From Bdellovibrionales bacterium (GTDB lineage: Bacteria > Bdellovibrionota > Bdellovibrionia > Bdellovibrionales > JAGQZY01): 64,000 nt of DNA. The notes under the pieces are model-generated. The model was not told where the DNA came from, made no database searches, and worked only from the letters and a program-made list of their open reading frames with translations. Made by a program: the position numbers and the translations under genes. Shown in pieces: positions 47,687-57,373 of the stretch. Every line of letters starts with the position of its first letter. Positions within the stretch are counted from its first letter, which is position 1. The stretch covers positions 224,001-288,000 of the forward strand of contig CAXRHT010000001.1 of assembly GCA_964230645.1 (NCBI GenBank), in the 5' to 3' direction.

Positions 47687-48757
47687 ATGAATAGGTTAAT
47701 GAGACTAAAGATTTTCGGATTCGCGCTGTCCATTCTTTTTCTAGCAGGTTGTGCAGGAGACACTGGCTTTTCACTGGGAGGCGATCAGAACGTCTTTCAG
47801 CAGAGTGTCACTCGTACTAAGGTGAAAGTGGATATTCTCTGGGTGATCGACAACTCAGGTTCAATGGAAACTTCACAAGACAATGTGGCGGCCAACTTTC
47901 AATCTTTTATTGAAAAGTTCCAGCAAACAAACTTCGACTATCAAATGGCTGTTACAGCCACTGACGCCTGGCTTGCTCCCCATGATGGTGATCCAAGCCT
48001 AGCTCGATTCAGGGACGGTACAGATGCTACAGGTCACTCTGGTGTAACAGTGATTAAACCAGACACCCCTGATCTTGAGGCCACCTTCTCTAACAATATT
48101 CGTTTAGGTGTTAACGGAAGTGGTGATGAAAGAGGTTGGCAGTCACTACAGGAAGCTTTGAGCCTTCAAGCCAATCTTGATGAGCCCTTTCCAAGACAAG
48201 ATGCTCTTTTAGCTGTGATTTTTCTCACAGATGAAGACGACTTCTCTCATGATGGTCTCTACAACGCTCAGGCTCAAGCCGATCCTTATAACAATCCGGA
48301 TCTTCACGATCCCATGCAGTACTTTGACTTTCTTTATAACTTAACAGGAAGTAGCGAGGGAGACTTAAACTTTATTGTAAACACGATCGGTATTTTCGAC
48401 CAACAGTGTTTAGACGATCTAAGCTCTGATGGATTCACTGGTCGTTTTATTGCTCAACGCTATGTTGGAGTGACAGACGCCACGGGTGGATACAAAGGAA
48501 GTCTTTGTGATGACTTCACCGATGTGATGTCTGGAATTTCTGATTCGATTATTGAAAAATCAACAGCTTTTAAACTCAATCGTGAGCCTGACATTGACTC
48601 CATTGAAGTGGTTGTGGATGGGAGAGACATTCCACAAGATCCTGACAATGGCTGGACTTACAATTCCGATGGTTGGCTGATCACTTTCCATGGTGACGCG
48701 ATCCCTGGATCGGAAGCCATTGTGAATATTACTTTTGACCCTATTGGATTGAAATAA
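47687..48757 (+). CDS. vWA (MIDAS) domain lipoprotein
   Basis: Lipobox LAGC; DILWVIDNSGSM (DxSxS) and IFLTDEDD. Confidence 0.8.
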   Translation: MNRLMRLKIFGFALSILFLAGCAGDTGFSLGGDQNVFQQSVTRTKVKVDILWVIDNSGSMETSQDNVAANFQSFIEKFQQTNFDYQMAVTATDAWLAPHDGDPSLARFRDGTDATGHSGVTVIKPDTPDLEATFSNNIRLGVNGSGDERGWQSLQEALSLQANLDEPFPRQDALLAVIFLTDEDDFSHDGLYNAQAQADPYNNPDLHDPMQYFDFLYNLTGSSEGDLNFIVNTIGIFDQQCLDDLSSDGFTGRFIAQRYVGVTDATGGYKGSLCDDFTDVMSGISDSIIEKSTAFKLNREPDIDSIEVVVDGRDIPQDPDNGWTYNSDGWLITFHGDAIPGSEAIVNITFDPIGLK

Positions 48758-48795
48758 AACCTTTGTGACGACTATTCAGAAACATCTCTTTTTGA

Positions 48796-48830
48796 GCCCC
48801 ACTCTGTCCAAGAGTGGGGCATTTTTATTT
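48796..48830 (+). terminator. Intrinsic terminator
   Basis: GCCCCACTCT-GTCCA-AGAGTGGGGC plus a T-rich tail. Confidence 0.8.
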
Positions 48831-48927
48831 TTAAGAGCATTAAAACGGTTTTCATAAAAAAGACCCTCAACTCCCACCGACCAACGTCCGATAAAAAAGT
48901 ACAACTATTCGCCCTATAGGATGGTTA

Positions 48928-49302
48928 ATGCGTGTGTCTGTGATTGTTTTTATTTTGCTCGCCCTGATCATGTCAGGATGCGGCCTTGAATCGACGGTTC
49001 CTTCCGAACAGTCCTCCTCCCCATCCAGGGAAAGAGCGGTGTTTATATCTAGTATTGAGGATACACCCTCTGGCTCTATTGTCACCTGCGCACTCAATGA
49101 GGTTCTAGTGAGTGACAATATGGAAGTGCCTCTTTTTTTAGAGTTTGAGGGCGTAATGATTGAGCGAGTGATTCTATCCAATGAAGGCCTTTTCAGTTTT
49201 CACGCCTACGATCCCCCAGCAGACGGTAAGATTGTTTGTGTGGTCGAACTTGCCGATGCTGAGTTTGAAAGTGAAGAGGCATGGTTAGAGCACCAAGAGT
49301 AA
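48928..49302 (+). CDS. Hypothetical lipoprotein
   Basis: Lipobox MSGC; FliA-like promoter at 48867-48894. Confidence 0.6.
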   Translation: MRVSVIVFILLALIMSGCGLESTVPSEQSSSPSRERAVFISSIEDTPSGSIVTCALNEVLVSDNMEVPLFLEFEGVMIERVILSNEGLFSFHAYDPPADGKIVCVVELADAEFESEEAWLEHQE

Positions 49303-49384
49303 AAGCCGTAATATTTTCAAACCTACTTTTTATCATCCTCCAAATTCAATAAGATACAAGCCAAACAGTATCCTTAAGGAATTT

Positions 49385-50350
49385 ATGAGACCAAATTTTC
49401 AAACACAACTTATCTCCGTTTTATGGACTATACTTATCTTTTGCACACCAAACATGGGCTGGTCCCAGTCCACTGACAGGATTGACGGAGCCTTATGGCG
49501 ATTAAAATCAAAAACAGGGGGCTCTAAATGCACAGGGGTCTTTGTGTCGCCGAAGGGGTATTTTCTCACCAATCTTCACTGCATCACTCAGTGTCTTGAG
49601 GACAATGATCTCTTAGTGACTTCTGACCCTGACACGAAGTACGAGCCGCTACGACCCTACAAGGAATCAGCCTTTCATAAGCTATATCTCACTTTGCAAG
49701 TAGACAGGGAAATTCTCTGTGAAGACCTTATTATCTCTCATCCTTCTTTAAAGAAGCTTTACGGAAAACCTTCCCTCCTTGCATGGGGGCGCGGCTGGGG
49801 AACCCTTTCCACAAAAAACATCGATCAATTGAGTGAATCCGACTTTTTGGAATGGACAAACTCGGTAGAAGATTACGCTCTATTGCAATTCTACCCAAGA
49901 GAAGATGAGACTTTTTCCTGCCTTCCCCTTGTTCCTGTTGGCGAAATTTCTGAGGACTATCAGGTGGAAACACTCGGCTATCCCAGTGGCAAGATTCATT
50001 CTGGAGGTCTCACCCTCTTTCGATATTCAGGAAGCTTACGGTCCCCTGGGAGTTTGTCTCCTTATTTAAAAAGTCTCCCTCTCTCACCGCTTGCAATAAA
50101 TCGCCATCGTTACATAAACTCACACCCAAAGCTTCTGGTCAGCAGTGCCGCTGTTTTTCCTGGAATGAGCGGAGGCGTCCTTATTAATTCCAAGAAAGAA
50201 ATAATAGGCCTTAATTACTCTACAAATAAAAGCGCTTCGGAAGAGTCTTTAGAGAAAGGTTCCAGTTTTTCTTTTGGTGCTGAATTTCTTATTGAAAGCC
50301 TACAAACAAATTGGTCCCTAGCTCAAGACAAAATAAAATGTAATGATTAA
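49385..50350 (+). CDS. Secreted trypsin-like serine protease
   Basis: CTGVFVS-G-TNLHC (His), DYALL (Asp) and PGMSGG (Ser). Confidence 0.88.
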   Translation: MRPNFQTQLISVLWTILIFCTPNMGWSQSTDRIDGALWRLKSKTGGSKCTGVFVSPKGYFLTNLHCITQCLEDNDLLVTSDPDTKYEPLRPYKESAFHKLYLTLQVDREILCEDLIISHPSLKKLYGKPSLLAWGRGWGTLSTKNIDQLSESDFLEWTNSVEDYALLQFYPREDETFSCLPLVPVGEISEDYQVETLGYPSGKIHSGGLTLFRYSGSLRSPGSLSPYLKSLPLSPLAINRHRYINSHPKLLVSSAAVFPGMSGGVLINSKKEIIGLNYSTNKSASEESLEKGSSFSFGAEFLIESLQTNWSLAQDKIKCND

Positions 50351-50362
50351 ACTTCTATAAAA

Positions 50363-50887
50363 TTAATTAGGTGGCTCAAAAGTGAAAATAACATTGAGTG
50401 AGCCAAGATTAGAAGGCATCGGGTTTGATACCTGTTGATTGGTATCGGTCAGCCCCACAAGCTCTAGTGACAAAGTGTACATTCTGTCGGGCACGACAGG
50501 TTCTTTATTGATGAGAATCGGTACAACGAAACGCCCCGACTCACAGCGGTCATCCACAAATCCTTGTGCTACCACTTTCTGAGCTCCGAAGCCTTCTCTC
50601 ATTTCAAAAAGAAAACTATGATGTCTAAACTGTCCCACACCACAGATCCCGCCCACATTAAAGTGACCACCATTGTTAAGTGTAGAATATTCGATTTTAT
50701 AAGGATCAAACTCTCGGATGGTCATCCAGAGCTGATTGGCACTGGTGGCACAGTTCCCCTCACTACATTGTTGCGGTGTTAGGGCTTCTTCGGCCATAGA
50801 TAAAGTGTCTCGTGTGAGATTATCTCCACAATTTTGGAATCCTAAAAGGATCACTCCCATTGTCATAAAGACAAGAACGACTTTCAT
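50363..50887 (-). CDS. Hypothetical lipoprotein with GFQNC signal
   Basis: LLGFQNC lipobox variant; GCCGATAA -10 element at 50907-50914. Confidence 0.75.
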   Translation of the reverse strand: MKVVLVFMTMGVILLGFQNCGDNLTRDTLSMAEEALTPQQCSEGNCATSANQLWMTIREFDPYKIEYSTLNNGGHFNVGGICGVGQFRHHSFLFEMREGFGAQKVVAQGFVDDRCESGRFVVPILINKEPVVPDRMYTLSLELVGLTDTNQQVSNPMPSNLGSLNVIFTFEPPN

Positions 50888-50989
50888 GTATCCCCCAGTC
50901 CCTCTATTATCGGCTTATTGCTTAAGAAAATCGAATGATTTGCCTCCCCTTGGTACCATCTTCAAATAATTGATGTTAGAAGTCTCATA

Positions 50990-52516
50990 ATGATACGCAC
51001 ACTACTCCCCGCTCTTTTGATTCTTTTGACTCAATGTACAGGTTCAAAAAATAAAGAACTCACCCACTTTAGCCTCCACTTATTCCAAGAGCCCATGCAC
51101 CTTGACCCCACACGAGCCCGAGCCTCGACCTCTAGTTATTTTTTTTACAATATTTTGAGAGGCCTTTATAAAATTAATGAGAAAAATGAGCTGGAAACTG
51201 AGGGTGGAAAGTGCCAGTGGCTCTCTTCTAAAAAACTCACTTGTAAAATCAGAGATCAACACTGGTGGGATGGCACTCCGGTTCAGGCCAAGGATTACAA
51301 AAGAAGTTTTATCGACCTGATCGACCCAGAAAACGCCTCTCCCAGGGCTCACTTACTGGGTCGTATTGAGGGAGCTCAAGAAATCCTGTCCGGTCAGAAA
51401 GATCCGAAAGAGATTTCCTTTGAAATCACCTCTGAGGATTCTTTTAGCCTTCAGTTTAAAGACCACGACCCTGAGTTTTTATATAAACTGGCAAGCACTG
51501 CCCTTTTCCCGACCCACAAGAATCGGGCTGATACCCGGCAAGACTTTCAAAATTTTATTGGCAACGGTCCCTATAAAATGGCCACCTGGCAGGCCGGTAA
51601 GCATCTAGAATTAATTCCTAATCCACACTACAAAAAGGGTCACCCCAACAGGCCTCCCGTTAAAATTTATTTTATCGATGACGAAATGACAGCCTATCGC
51701 CTCTACGAAAAAGGAGAACTGCAGTTTTTAAGACGCATTCCCTCAAAGCTTTTTCATAAAGTCTTAGAGCGGGATGACTTTTTTCAACTGCCCATGCTTC
51801 GTTTTGACTACGTCGGCTTCGGCGATGATTTAAAGGAAAACAAAAATCTAAGAGCGGCTTTAAGCCATTCTATAAACTACGAGGTCCTGAAAAAACTCCT
51901 CTTTGCTCTCGAACGCCCTGGCTGCCCCAGTATTCCTAAAGGCTGGATGCAGGAGCAACCCTGCTACGCTTTTGACCTAAAGACCGCAAAAAAATGGCTC
52001 TCCAAAGTGTCTGAACAAGACAAAAGCAAAGTTTATGATCTCAAGGTCAGTCAACAAGGTGGCAACGATATCAAGAAACAAGCGGAGTTTTTACAAAATC
52101 AATGGAAAAAACATCTGGGACTTAACGTGCGAGTGAGTCAAGTTGAGGGCAAAGTTCTTATTAACGAATTGCGCACAAGTCCCCCAGACATATTTAGAAA
52201 AGGAGTGGGCCTTGATCGCCCCACTTGTTTGAGTGCTCTAGAAACTTTTTCAGCCGACTCAAAACAAAACTATCTCGACATAAAGGATTCCGAGTACGGT
52301 GAATTTGTGACAGGTCTAAAAGAAGCCAAATCTCCGCAGCAATATAAAAAGATCTGCCAAAAAGCCAATGAGTATCTTTTAAAAAATTATTTTCTCATTC
52401 CCTTAGGAGAGATGCATTTTGGCATCATGGCTAAAAAGTCATTCACTGGCTGGAAAATGAATGGCATGAACCAATTGGACCTTAGTCAACTCTCAAAAGC
52501 CTCATCTCAAAATTAG
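50990..52516 (+). CDS. Peptide ABC transporter substrate-binding protein (OppA-like), orphan
   Basis: EP-HLDP, WWDGTPVQAKD, GNGPYK and NPHY motifs; lipoprotein signal; no adjacent permease genes. Confidence 0.88.
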   Translation: MIRTLLPALLILLTQCTGSKNKELTHFSLHLFQEPMHLDPTRARASTSSYFFYNILRGLYKINEKNELETEGGKCQWLSSKKLTCKIRDQHWWDGTPVQAKDYKRSFIDLIDPENASPRAHLLGRIEGAQEILSGQKDPKEISFEITSEDSFSLQFKDHDPEFLYKLASTALFPTHKNRADTRQDFQNFIGNGPYKMATWQAGKHLELIPNPHYKKGHPNRPPVKIYFIDDEMTAYRLYEKGELQFLRRIPSKLFHKVLERDDFFQLPMLRFDYVGFGDDLKENKNLRAALSHSINYEVLKKLLFALERPGCPSIPKGWMQEQPCYAFDLKTAKKWLSKVSEQDKSKVYDLKVSQQGGNDIKKQAEFLQNQWKKHLGLNVRVSQVEGKVLINELRTSPPDIFRKGVGLDRPTCLSALETFSADSKQNYLDIKDSEYGEFVTGLKEAKSPQQYKKICQKANEYLLKNYFLIPLGEMHFGIMAKKSFTGWKMNGMNQLDLSQLSKASSQN

Positions 52517-52661
52517 ATTTTTTTAACGATTTAACTCCACAGTCTCCTTTCATGGTTTTTACTCAAGACCTTAGAGCGGGAGACCTTAGTCGTTAAAATT
52601 GTTTTTTCCTATAAGCGCGTTCAAATTCTCACTTCTTATGACCGATGAGTAGGGAAGCATT

Positions 52662-54308
52662 ATGAAAAAGAAAAAGACACCACAATCAAATTATACCAAA
52701 CGCCTACGCAGCCTGATTGATATTGGGGTGGCTCTTTCTTCTGAAAAGGAACTCAACAACCTTCTTCGAGTTATTCTACAAAAAGCCATTGATGTTACCC
52801 AGTGCGAAGGCGCCAGCATTTACCTTGTGCACGAAAAGGCAACCCATAAAACTTCCAATGTGGTCTCACTGCAAAAAGAGTCAGTCTTGCGCTTTTTAAA
52901 GTCAATGAATCGAAGAGAGGGAATTTTTGATCAGCAAGGTGTTTTACCCATTGACTCCAACAGTATCGCCGGCCACGTTGCCCAGTCTAAAGAGATACTT
53001 AATATCAAGGATTGTTATAAAATAGACTCAGGCGAAGTTTTCCAATTTAACGATATCTTCGACAAAAACAACGATTACAAATCAAAATCCATGCTCACCA
53101 TCCCAATGATCACCGCGGATGGAAAGGTCAAAGGCGTTCTTCAACTTATCAACAAACTCTCAGATAAGGGCTTAGAAAAACTCGAAACAAATGGCAAAAT
53201 GGCCATGAACTGCATCCGCACCTTTAGTGACGATGATGTAGAATTAATGCGAGTTTTTGCCAGCTACGCGGCCATCGCACTAGAAAATTCACAACTCACT
53301 GAAAACATCGAAAACCTTTTTGAAAGTTTTGTCAGAGCTTCCGTTAAAGCCATCGAATCAAGAGACCCCACCACGAGTGGACACAGTGATCGTGTGGCAA
53401 TGATGACTGTGGAATTGGCTTTAGCAACTCACAAAATTAAAGAAGGTCCCTTTAAACACGTTCAATTCTCTGAGGAACAGATCAAAGAGATCCGTTACGC
53501 TTCCCTACTTCACGACTTTGGAAAAATTGGTGTTACTGAAAAAGTATTACTTAAAAAGAAGAAGTTACATGACCGCGACCTAGAGTCTATTTTGTTAAGG
53601 TTCGACACCACAGGTTTTCACCAGGAAACCAAGATCTGGAAAAACTTTAGCGAGAAACTGCTCGAACAAGCCCGTGGGAAATCTGATGGCTCATTTGATC
53701 CCGACAAAGCTTTTAAGGAAGCCAATCAACAAATTGAAACCTTAAAATCACGCATTCAAACTATGCGAAGCCAACTCATCACAGCCAATGAACCGCAAGT
53801 GATGAGTGATGACTTTGATATCCATGAACTGATTCAACGCTTAGAAAACGCCAATCATTATTTCAATGACAATGTCCTCTCTCAAGACGAACTAAAAACT
53901 CTATCGATACCCAGAGGAAGTCTGAATTTAGAAGAAAGAAAAGAAATCGAATCCCACGTGAGTCACACTTACGAATTCTTAAAACAAATCGCCTGGACCG
54001 ACAATCTTAGCCACGTCACCACAATCGCCCACTGTCACCACGAAAAAATGGACGGCACCGGCTACCCAAGAAAAATAGCCGGCGACCAAATCCCGATTCA
54101 ATCAAGAATGATGACGATCGCCGATATCTATGACGCCCTAACCGCTTTCGACAGACCTTACAAAAAGTCAGTCACTCCAGCCCGCGCTCTAGAAATTTTA
54201 ATCAAAGACGCCAGAGCCGGAAAAATCGACGGATTCCTTTTGAAGATTTTCATTGAATCAGGAATCTTTCACAATGCGACTCTGGGCACCCACAAAAAAG
54301 CCAGCTAA
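52662..54308 (+). CDS. GAF plus HD-GYP domain phosphodiesterase
   Basis: GAF (SIAGHVA, SMLTIPM, LQLINK); HSDRVA, LHDFGK, HHEKMDGTGYP and DRPYK motifs. Confidence 0.93.
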   Translation: MKKKKTPQSNYTKRLRSLIDIGVALSSEKELNNLLRVILQKAIDVTQCEGASIYLVHEKATHKTSNVVSLQKESVLRFLKSMNRREGIFDQQGVLPIDSNSIAGHVAQSKEILNIKDCYKIDSGEVFQFNDIFDKNNDYKSKSMLTIPMITADGKVKGVLQLINKLSDKGLEKLETNGKMAMNCIRTFSDDDVELMRVFASYAAIALENSQLTENIENLFESFVRASVKAIESRDPTTSGHSDRVAMMTVELALATHKIKEGPFKHVQFSEEQIKEIRYASLLHDFGKIGVTEKVLLKKKKLHDRDLESILLRFDTTGFHQETKIWKNFSEKLLEQARGKSDGSFDPDKAFKEANQQIETLKSRIQTMRSQLITANEPQVMSDDFDIHELIQRLENANHYFNDNVLSQDELKTLSIPRGSLNLEERKEIESHVSHTYEFLKQIAWTDNLSHVTTIAHCHHEKMDGTGYPRKIAGDQIPIQSRMMTIADIYDALTAFDRPYKKSVTPARALEILIKDARAGKIDGFLLKIFIESGIFHNATLGTHKKAS

Positions 54309-54344
54309 GAGAATAAAACTATAACCGTTAACTAACTTTTAAAC

Positions 54345-54538
54345 CATTTTGTGATCGAGTTCTTCGAATCTGCTTAGGATTTTGGGAGAATTTCGGAGGG
54401 GCTCGAGCAACGAGCGCTGCGTATCTTGGGCTGCGACATGCAATGGCGCAGCCCGGGAGACGAAGTGCACCCGGGTGCGTGCCGCTCCGAAAGGCTCCCA
54501 AAATCTTAAGCAGATTCGAAGAACTCGATCACAAAATG
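54345..54538 (+). repeat. Long-stem hairpin element, family I (copy B)
   Basis: 58-bp arms (54345-54402 and 54481-54538) around a 78-nt core, 66/78 identical to 5478-5555. Confidence 0.9.
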
Positions 54539-54605
54539 CCCCCGCCCCAAGTTTCTCGACACGCCCGAGTTTGTCCATCCTCCCCCAAGCGTCTATAACA
54601 ATTCT

Positions 54606-55337
54606 ATGGAAAATATTGTTATAAGTGGTGCCTCCTCAGGTATCGGCTCAGAAATTGTTCGTTATTTCAGTCAAAAAGGTTGGACCGTCTATATGGTGGC
54701 CCGTAACCAGGAAAAGCTCGATCAGCTCGCTAAGGAGTGTAAGAACGCAACACCCATCGCTTGCGACCTCACCGATCCAAGCGCCATCAAGACTTTAAAA
54801 GAAAAGCTAGAAGGCCAGCCCATTGATGCCTTGATCAATAATGCTGGAATCTTTCAACCCTGCCCTATTGAGGATGACAACGACGAGGTCTGGGAAAACC
54901 ACTTTCAAAGTAACCTTATGAGTGCCGTGCGCCTGACAAGAGCTCTCTGGCCCCAGCTTAAAGAATCAAAAGGGGTAATTCTTAATATCTCATCCACTCT
55001 TGCCATGCGTCCTATTCCCAACACCGCGGCTTATTCGGCAATTAAAGCCGCCATGAGCAATTGGACACAAGCCTTGGCCCTTGAAGGGGCCCCTCTAGGG
55101 ATTCGAGCTAACGCCATTTGCCCTGGGATCATCGACACACCCATTCACTCTTATGTAGGTAGCCCTAAACCTGAAGACCAGGAACTCTATCAAACAATGC
55201 AGAAAGCCCAGCCGCTGGGTCGCACCGGAAAAGTCACTGATATTGCGCCCATGGCTTACCAGCTGGTTTCCAAAGACTCCCAGTGGATTACAGGCACTTT
55301 GCTCAATATCGATGGTGGAATTTTACTGAACAGCTAA
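54606..55337 (+). CDS. SDR family oxidoreductase
   Basis: SGASSGIG, NNAG, YSAIK and ICPG motifs. Confidence 0.93.
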   Translation: MENIVISGASSGIGSEIVRYFSQKGWTVYMVARNQEKLDQLAKECKNATPIACDLTDPSAIKTLKEKLEGQPIDALINNAGIFQPCPIEDDNDEVWENHFQSNLMSAVRLTRALWPQLKESKGVILNISSTLAMRPIPNTAAYSAIKAAMSNWTQALALEGAPLGIRANAICPGIIDTPIHSYVGSPKPEDQELYQTMQKAQPLGRTGKVTDIAPMAYQLVSKDSQWITGTLLNIDGGILLNS

Positions 55338-55390
55338 CCCCTCCAAAGTCCTGTTCAAAAATGACACAATCCCACCGATAAGATTGTGAC

Positions 55391-55774
55391 ATGTACATGA
55401 GTCTTCTTTTCCTAAAACTGACCCTACTGACCCTTGTGATCAGTCATCTTCGCGCTAGGAGAACCTCACCTCTTGAAGGCGAGGGCTATCAGTATGAGCT
55501 CCGCTTTGATGGCTCAAAAGAGGAATTCTTTTCAAAACTCGACAACGAAATTCTGGTTCAAAAAAAGTATCTTTTGCTCGAAAAAACACCTCACAAGTGT
55601 TTAATCAGCGAAAGGGCTGGGCTTTTCAACTACGGAGCTTTTTACCATATAAAGCTTCAAGCTGAGGAGGCTGGAGTTCGTGTTTGCATTCAGGTGCAAC
55701 CTAAACTAGTAAGTCATTCAGATGGACAAAAAGAAGACTCAAAAAAAGCATTCAAAAAAATCGGCCTCAAATAA
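55391..55774 (+). CDS. Hypothetical protein
   Basis: 127-aa ORF with N-terminal hydrophobic segment; FliA-like promoter at 55355-55381. Confidence 0.55.
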   Translation: MYMSLLFLKLTLLTLVISHLRARRTSPLEGEGYQYELRFDGSKEEFFSKLDNEILVQKKYLLLEKTPHKCLISERAGLFNYGAFYHIKLQAEEAGVRVCIQVQPKLVSHSDGQKEDSKKAFKKIGLK

Positions 55775-56501
55775 TAAAAGCGAAGGGGTTCGAATTAATA
55801 AATACCTCGCTGACCAAGGTCTCTGTTCTCGTAGAGAAGCCGATGCTTTGATCGAAAAAGGCTGGATTCGGATCAATGGCGAAGTTTTAAAAGAGCTAGG
55901 CTATAAAGTCTTACCCAAAGATAAAGTGGAGTGGGATGAAAAGGCTGAAAAACAAATTAAAAACAAAAAAACCATCATTATTCATAAACCCCTTGGATAT
56001 GTTTCGGCTCAGGCCGAGGACGGCTATCAACCAGCCATTCGCTTAGCGACTGCTGAAAACTATTACGGCGACATGAAGCACCCTAAAATCTTTCACAAGG
56101 GCTTTGCTCCGGCTGGACGCCTTGATATTGATTCAACCGGGCTTTTAATCCTCACCCAGAACGGAAAAATTGCTAAGAATATTATCTCCCCACAATCCAT
56201 AGTGGAAAAAGAGTATGTCGTTCTTGTTAATGGTGACATCACTGAGGAAAAAGTAAAAAAGCTTTGCTTTGGTCTGTCCCTTGATGGCAAAAAATTAAAA
56301 CGAGCCAAGGTTAAAAAAGAAGAGGCACAGAAATTGCGCTTCGTTTTAATTGAAGGAAAAAAACGACAAATTCGGCGGATGTGCGAGCAGGTCGACCTTG
56401 AGGTGACCTCCTTAAAAAGAGTTCGGATCGGAAGATTGCGCTTAGGAAAACTCCCCCTTGGCAAGTGGCGTTTTTTAAAAGACTCGGAAAAAATTTTTTA
56501 G
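55722..56501 (+). CDS. rRNA pseudouridine synthase (RsuA/RluF family)
   Basis: S4 domain RINKYLA-G-CSRREAD; GRLDIDSTGL; EGKKRQIRRM. Confidence 0.92.
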   Translation: MDKKKTQKKHSKKSASNNKSEGVRINKYLADQGLCSRREADALIEKGWIRINGEVLKELGYKVLPKDKVEWDEKAEKQIKNKKTIIIHKPLGYVSAQAEDGYQPAIRLATAENYYGDMKHPKIFHKGFAPAGRLDIDSTGLLILTQNGKIAKNIISPQSIVEKEYVVLVNGDITEEKVKKLCFGLSLDGKKLKRAKVKKEEAQKLRFVLIEGKKRQIRRMCEQVDLEVTSLKRVRIGRLRLGKLPLGKWRFLKDSEKIF

Positions 56502-57247
56502 CCCTGACTCTGTTTAAGTATTTCCAATTCCCATTCTTCAAAGCCTGCTTGCTGTCTTAATTTTAGCGCCGGCTTATTTCCACGCTTATGTTTTTTTGCT
56601 AAGGCCTTTGTCATCCGATGAAAAAAAAGTTTCTCATCAATTGAAAACTGAGAACTAAAATGTCGAAACCAGCGGTTTCCAAATTCGACATGGCCGATTT
56701 CTTCTTCAACAATAAGTCCCACCGTTTGTTTGACCACAGGACTCTGCACCCCCTGGAGTCTTTTAAGAATGGAATCTCCTGCATCAAGGCCTGAGCCCTC
56801 AAGATACCGATGCACAATAAAGAGTCTTTGCAAAAGGGTATCCGATCGATCAACGGAATTCCAAAGCCCTAGATGCACGGGCCACTTTCCCCAGTGACCT
56901 CCCAGGCTTTCCAAGCTCTCTAAACATTTTTTGAGATGCTTGCCTTCCTGTAGCACAATTTCAGCCAATTCTTCGCGAAAATCCATTGGGGTCCAAGGAA
57001 ATTCTATCAAAGTTCGTAAACCTAACTCCATGGCTTGAAGCTCAATATTCGCAAGATCGTGGAGGAGTTTTTGCTGCCCTAGAGGTGAGAGTCCCATTTT
57101 TGCTGGTAAGTTGTGCACGGATTGGACCAAAATATCTCGCCCAGGAAGAGCGGGAATCTGATTCTGATCGGGATCTGTAATAAGAGCCCCAATCTCTTCT
57201 TCAAGCCCCTTTAGTTTTAAAAAGATATTCTCCTCGGCTAGTACCAT
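56498..57247 (-). CDS. Ferritin-like (DUF455) protein
   Basis: HDLANIELQA, QEGKH, LEGSGLD and EEIGHV-FG-RWF di-iron motifs. Confidence 0.85.
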   Translation of the reverse strand: MVLAEENIFLKLKGLEEEIGALITDPDQNQIPALPGRDILVQSVHNLPAKMGLSPLGQQKLLHDLANIELQAMELGLRTLIEFPWTPMDFREELAEIVLQEGKHLKKCLESLESLGGHWGKWPVHLGLWNSVDRSDTLLQRLFIVHRYLEGSGLDAGDSILKRLQGVQSPVVKQTVGLIVEEEIGHVEFGNRWFRHFSSQFSIDEKLFFHRMTKALAKKHKRGNKPALKLRQQAGFEEWELEILKQSQG

Positions 57248-57373
57248 GGACCCATCTAAACCTGAGGGCCTTGTATGAAACAAGGATTATGTTGCATTTT
57301 GACAAAGGATTCAGGCTTTTCTGGACAGAATCAGTGGACAAATTTAGATTGTTAGTCTGTTGAGGAGTATCGT

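Noticed and set aside
54345..54538. Retron msr-msd or IS interpretation of the long hairpins
   Set aside because: No reverse transcriptase or transposase lies in the window and no target-site duplication was seen. Kept only as unclassified elements.
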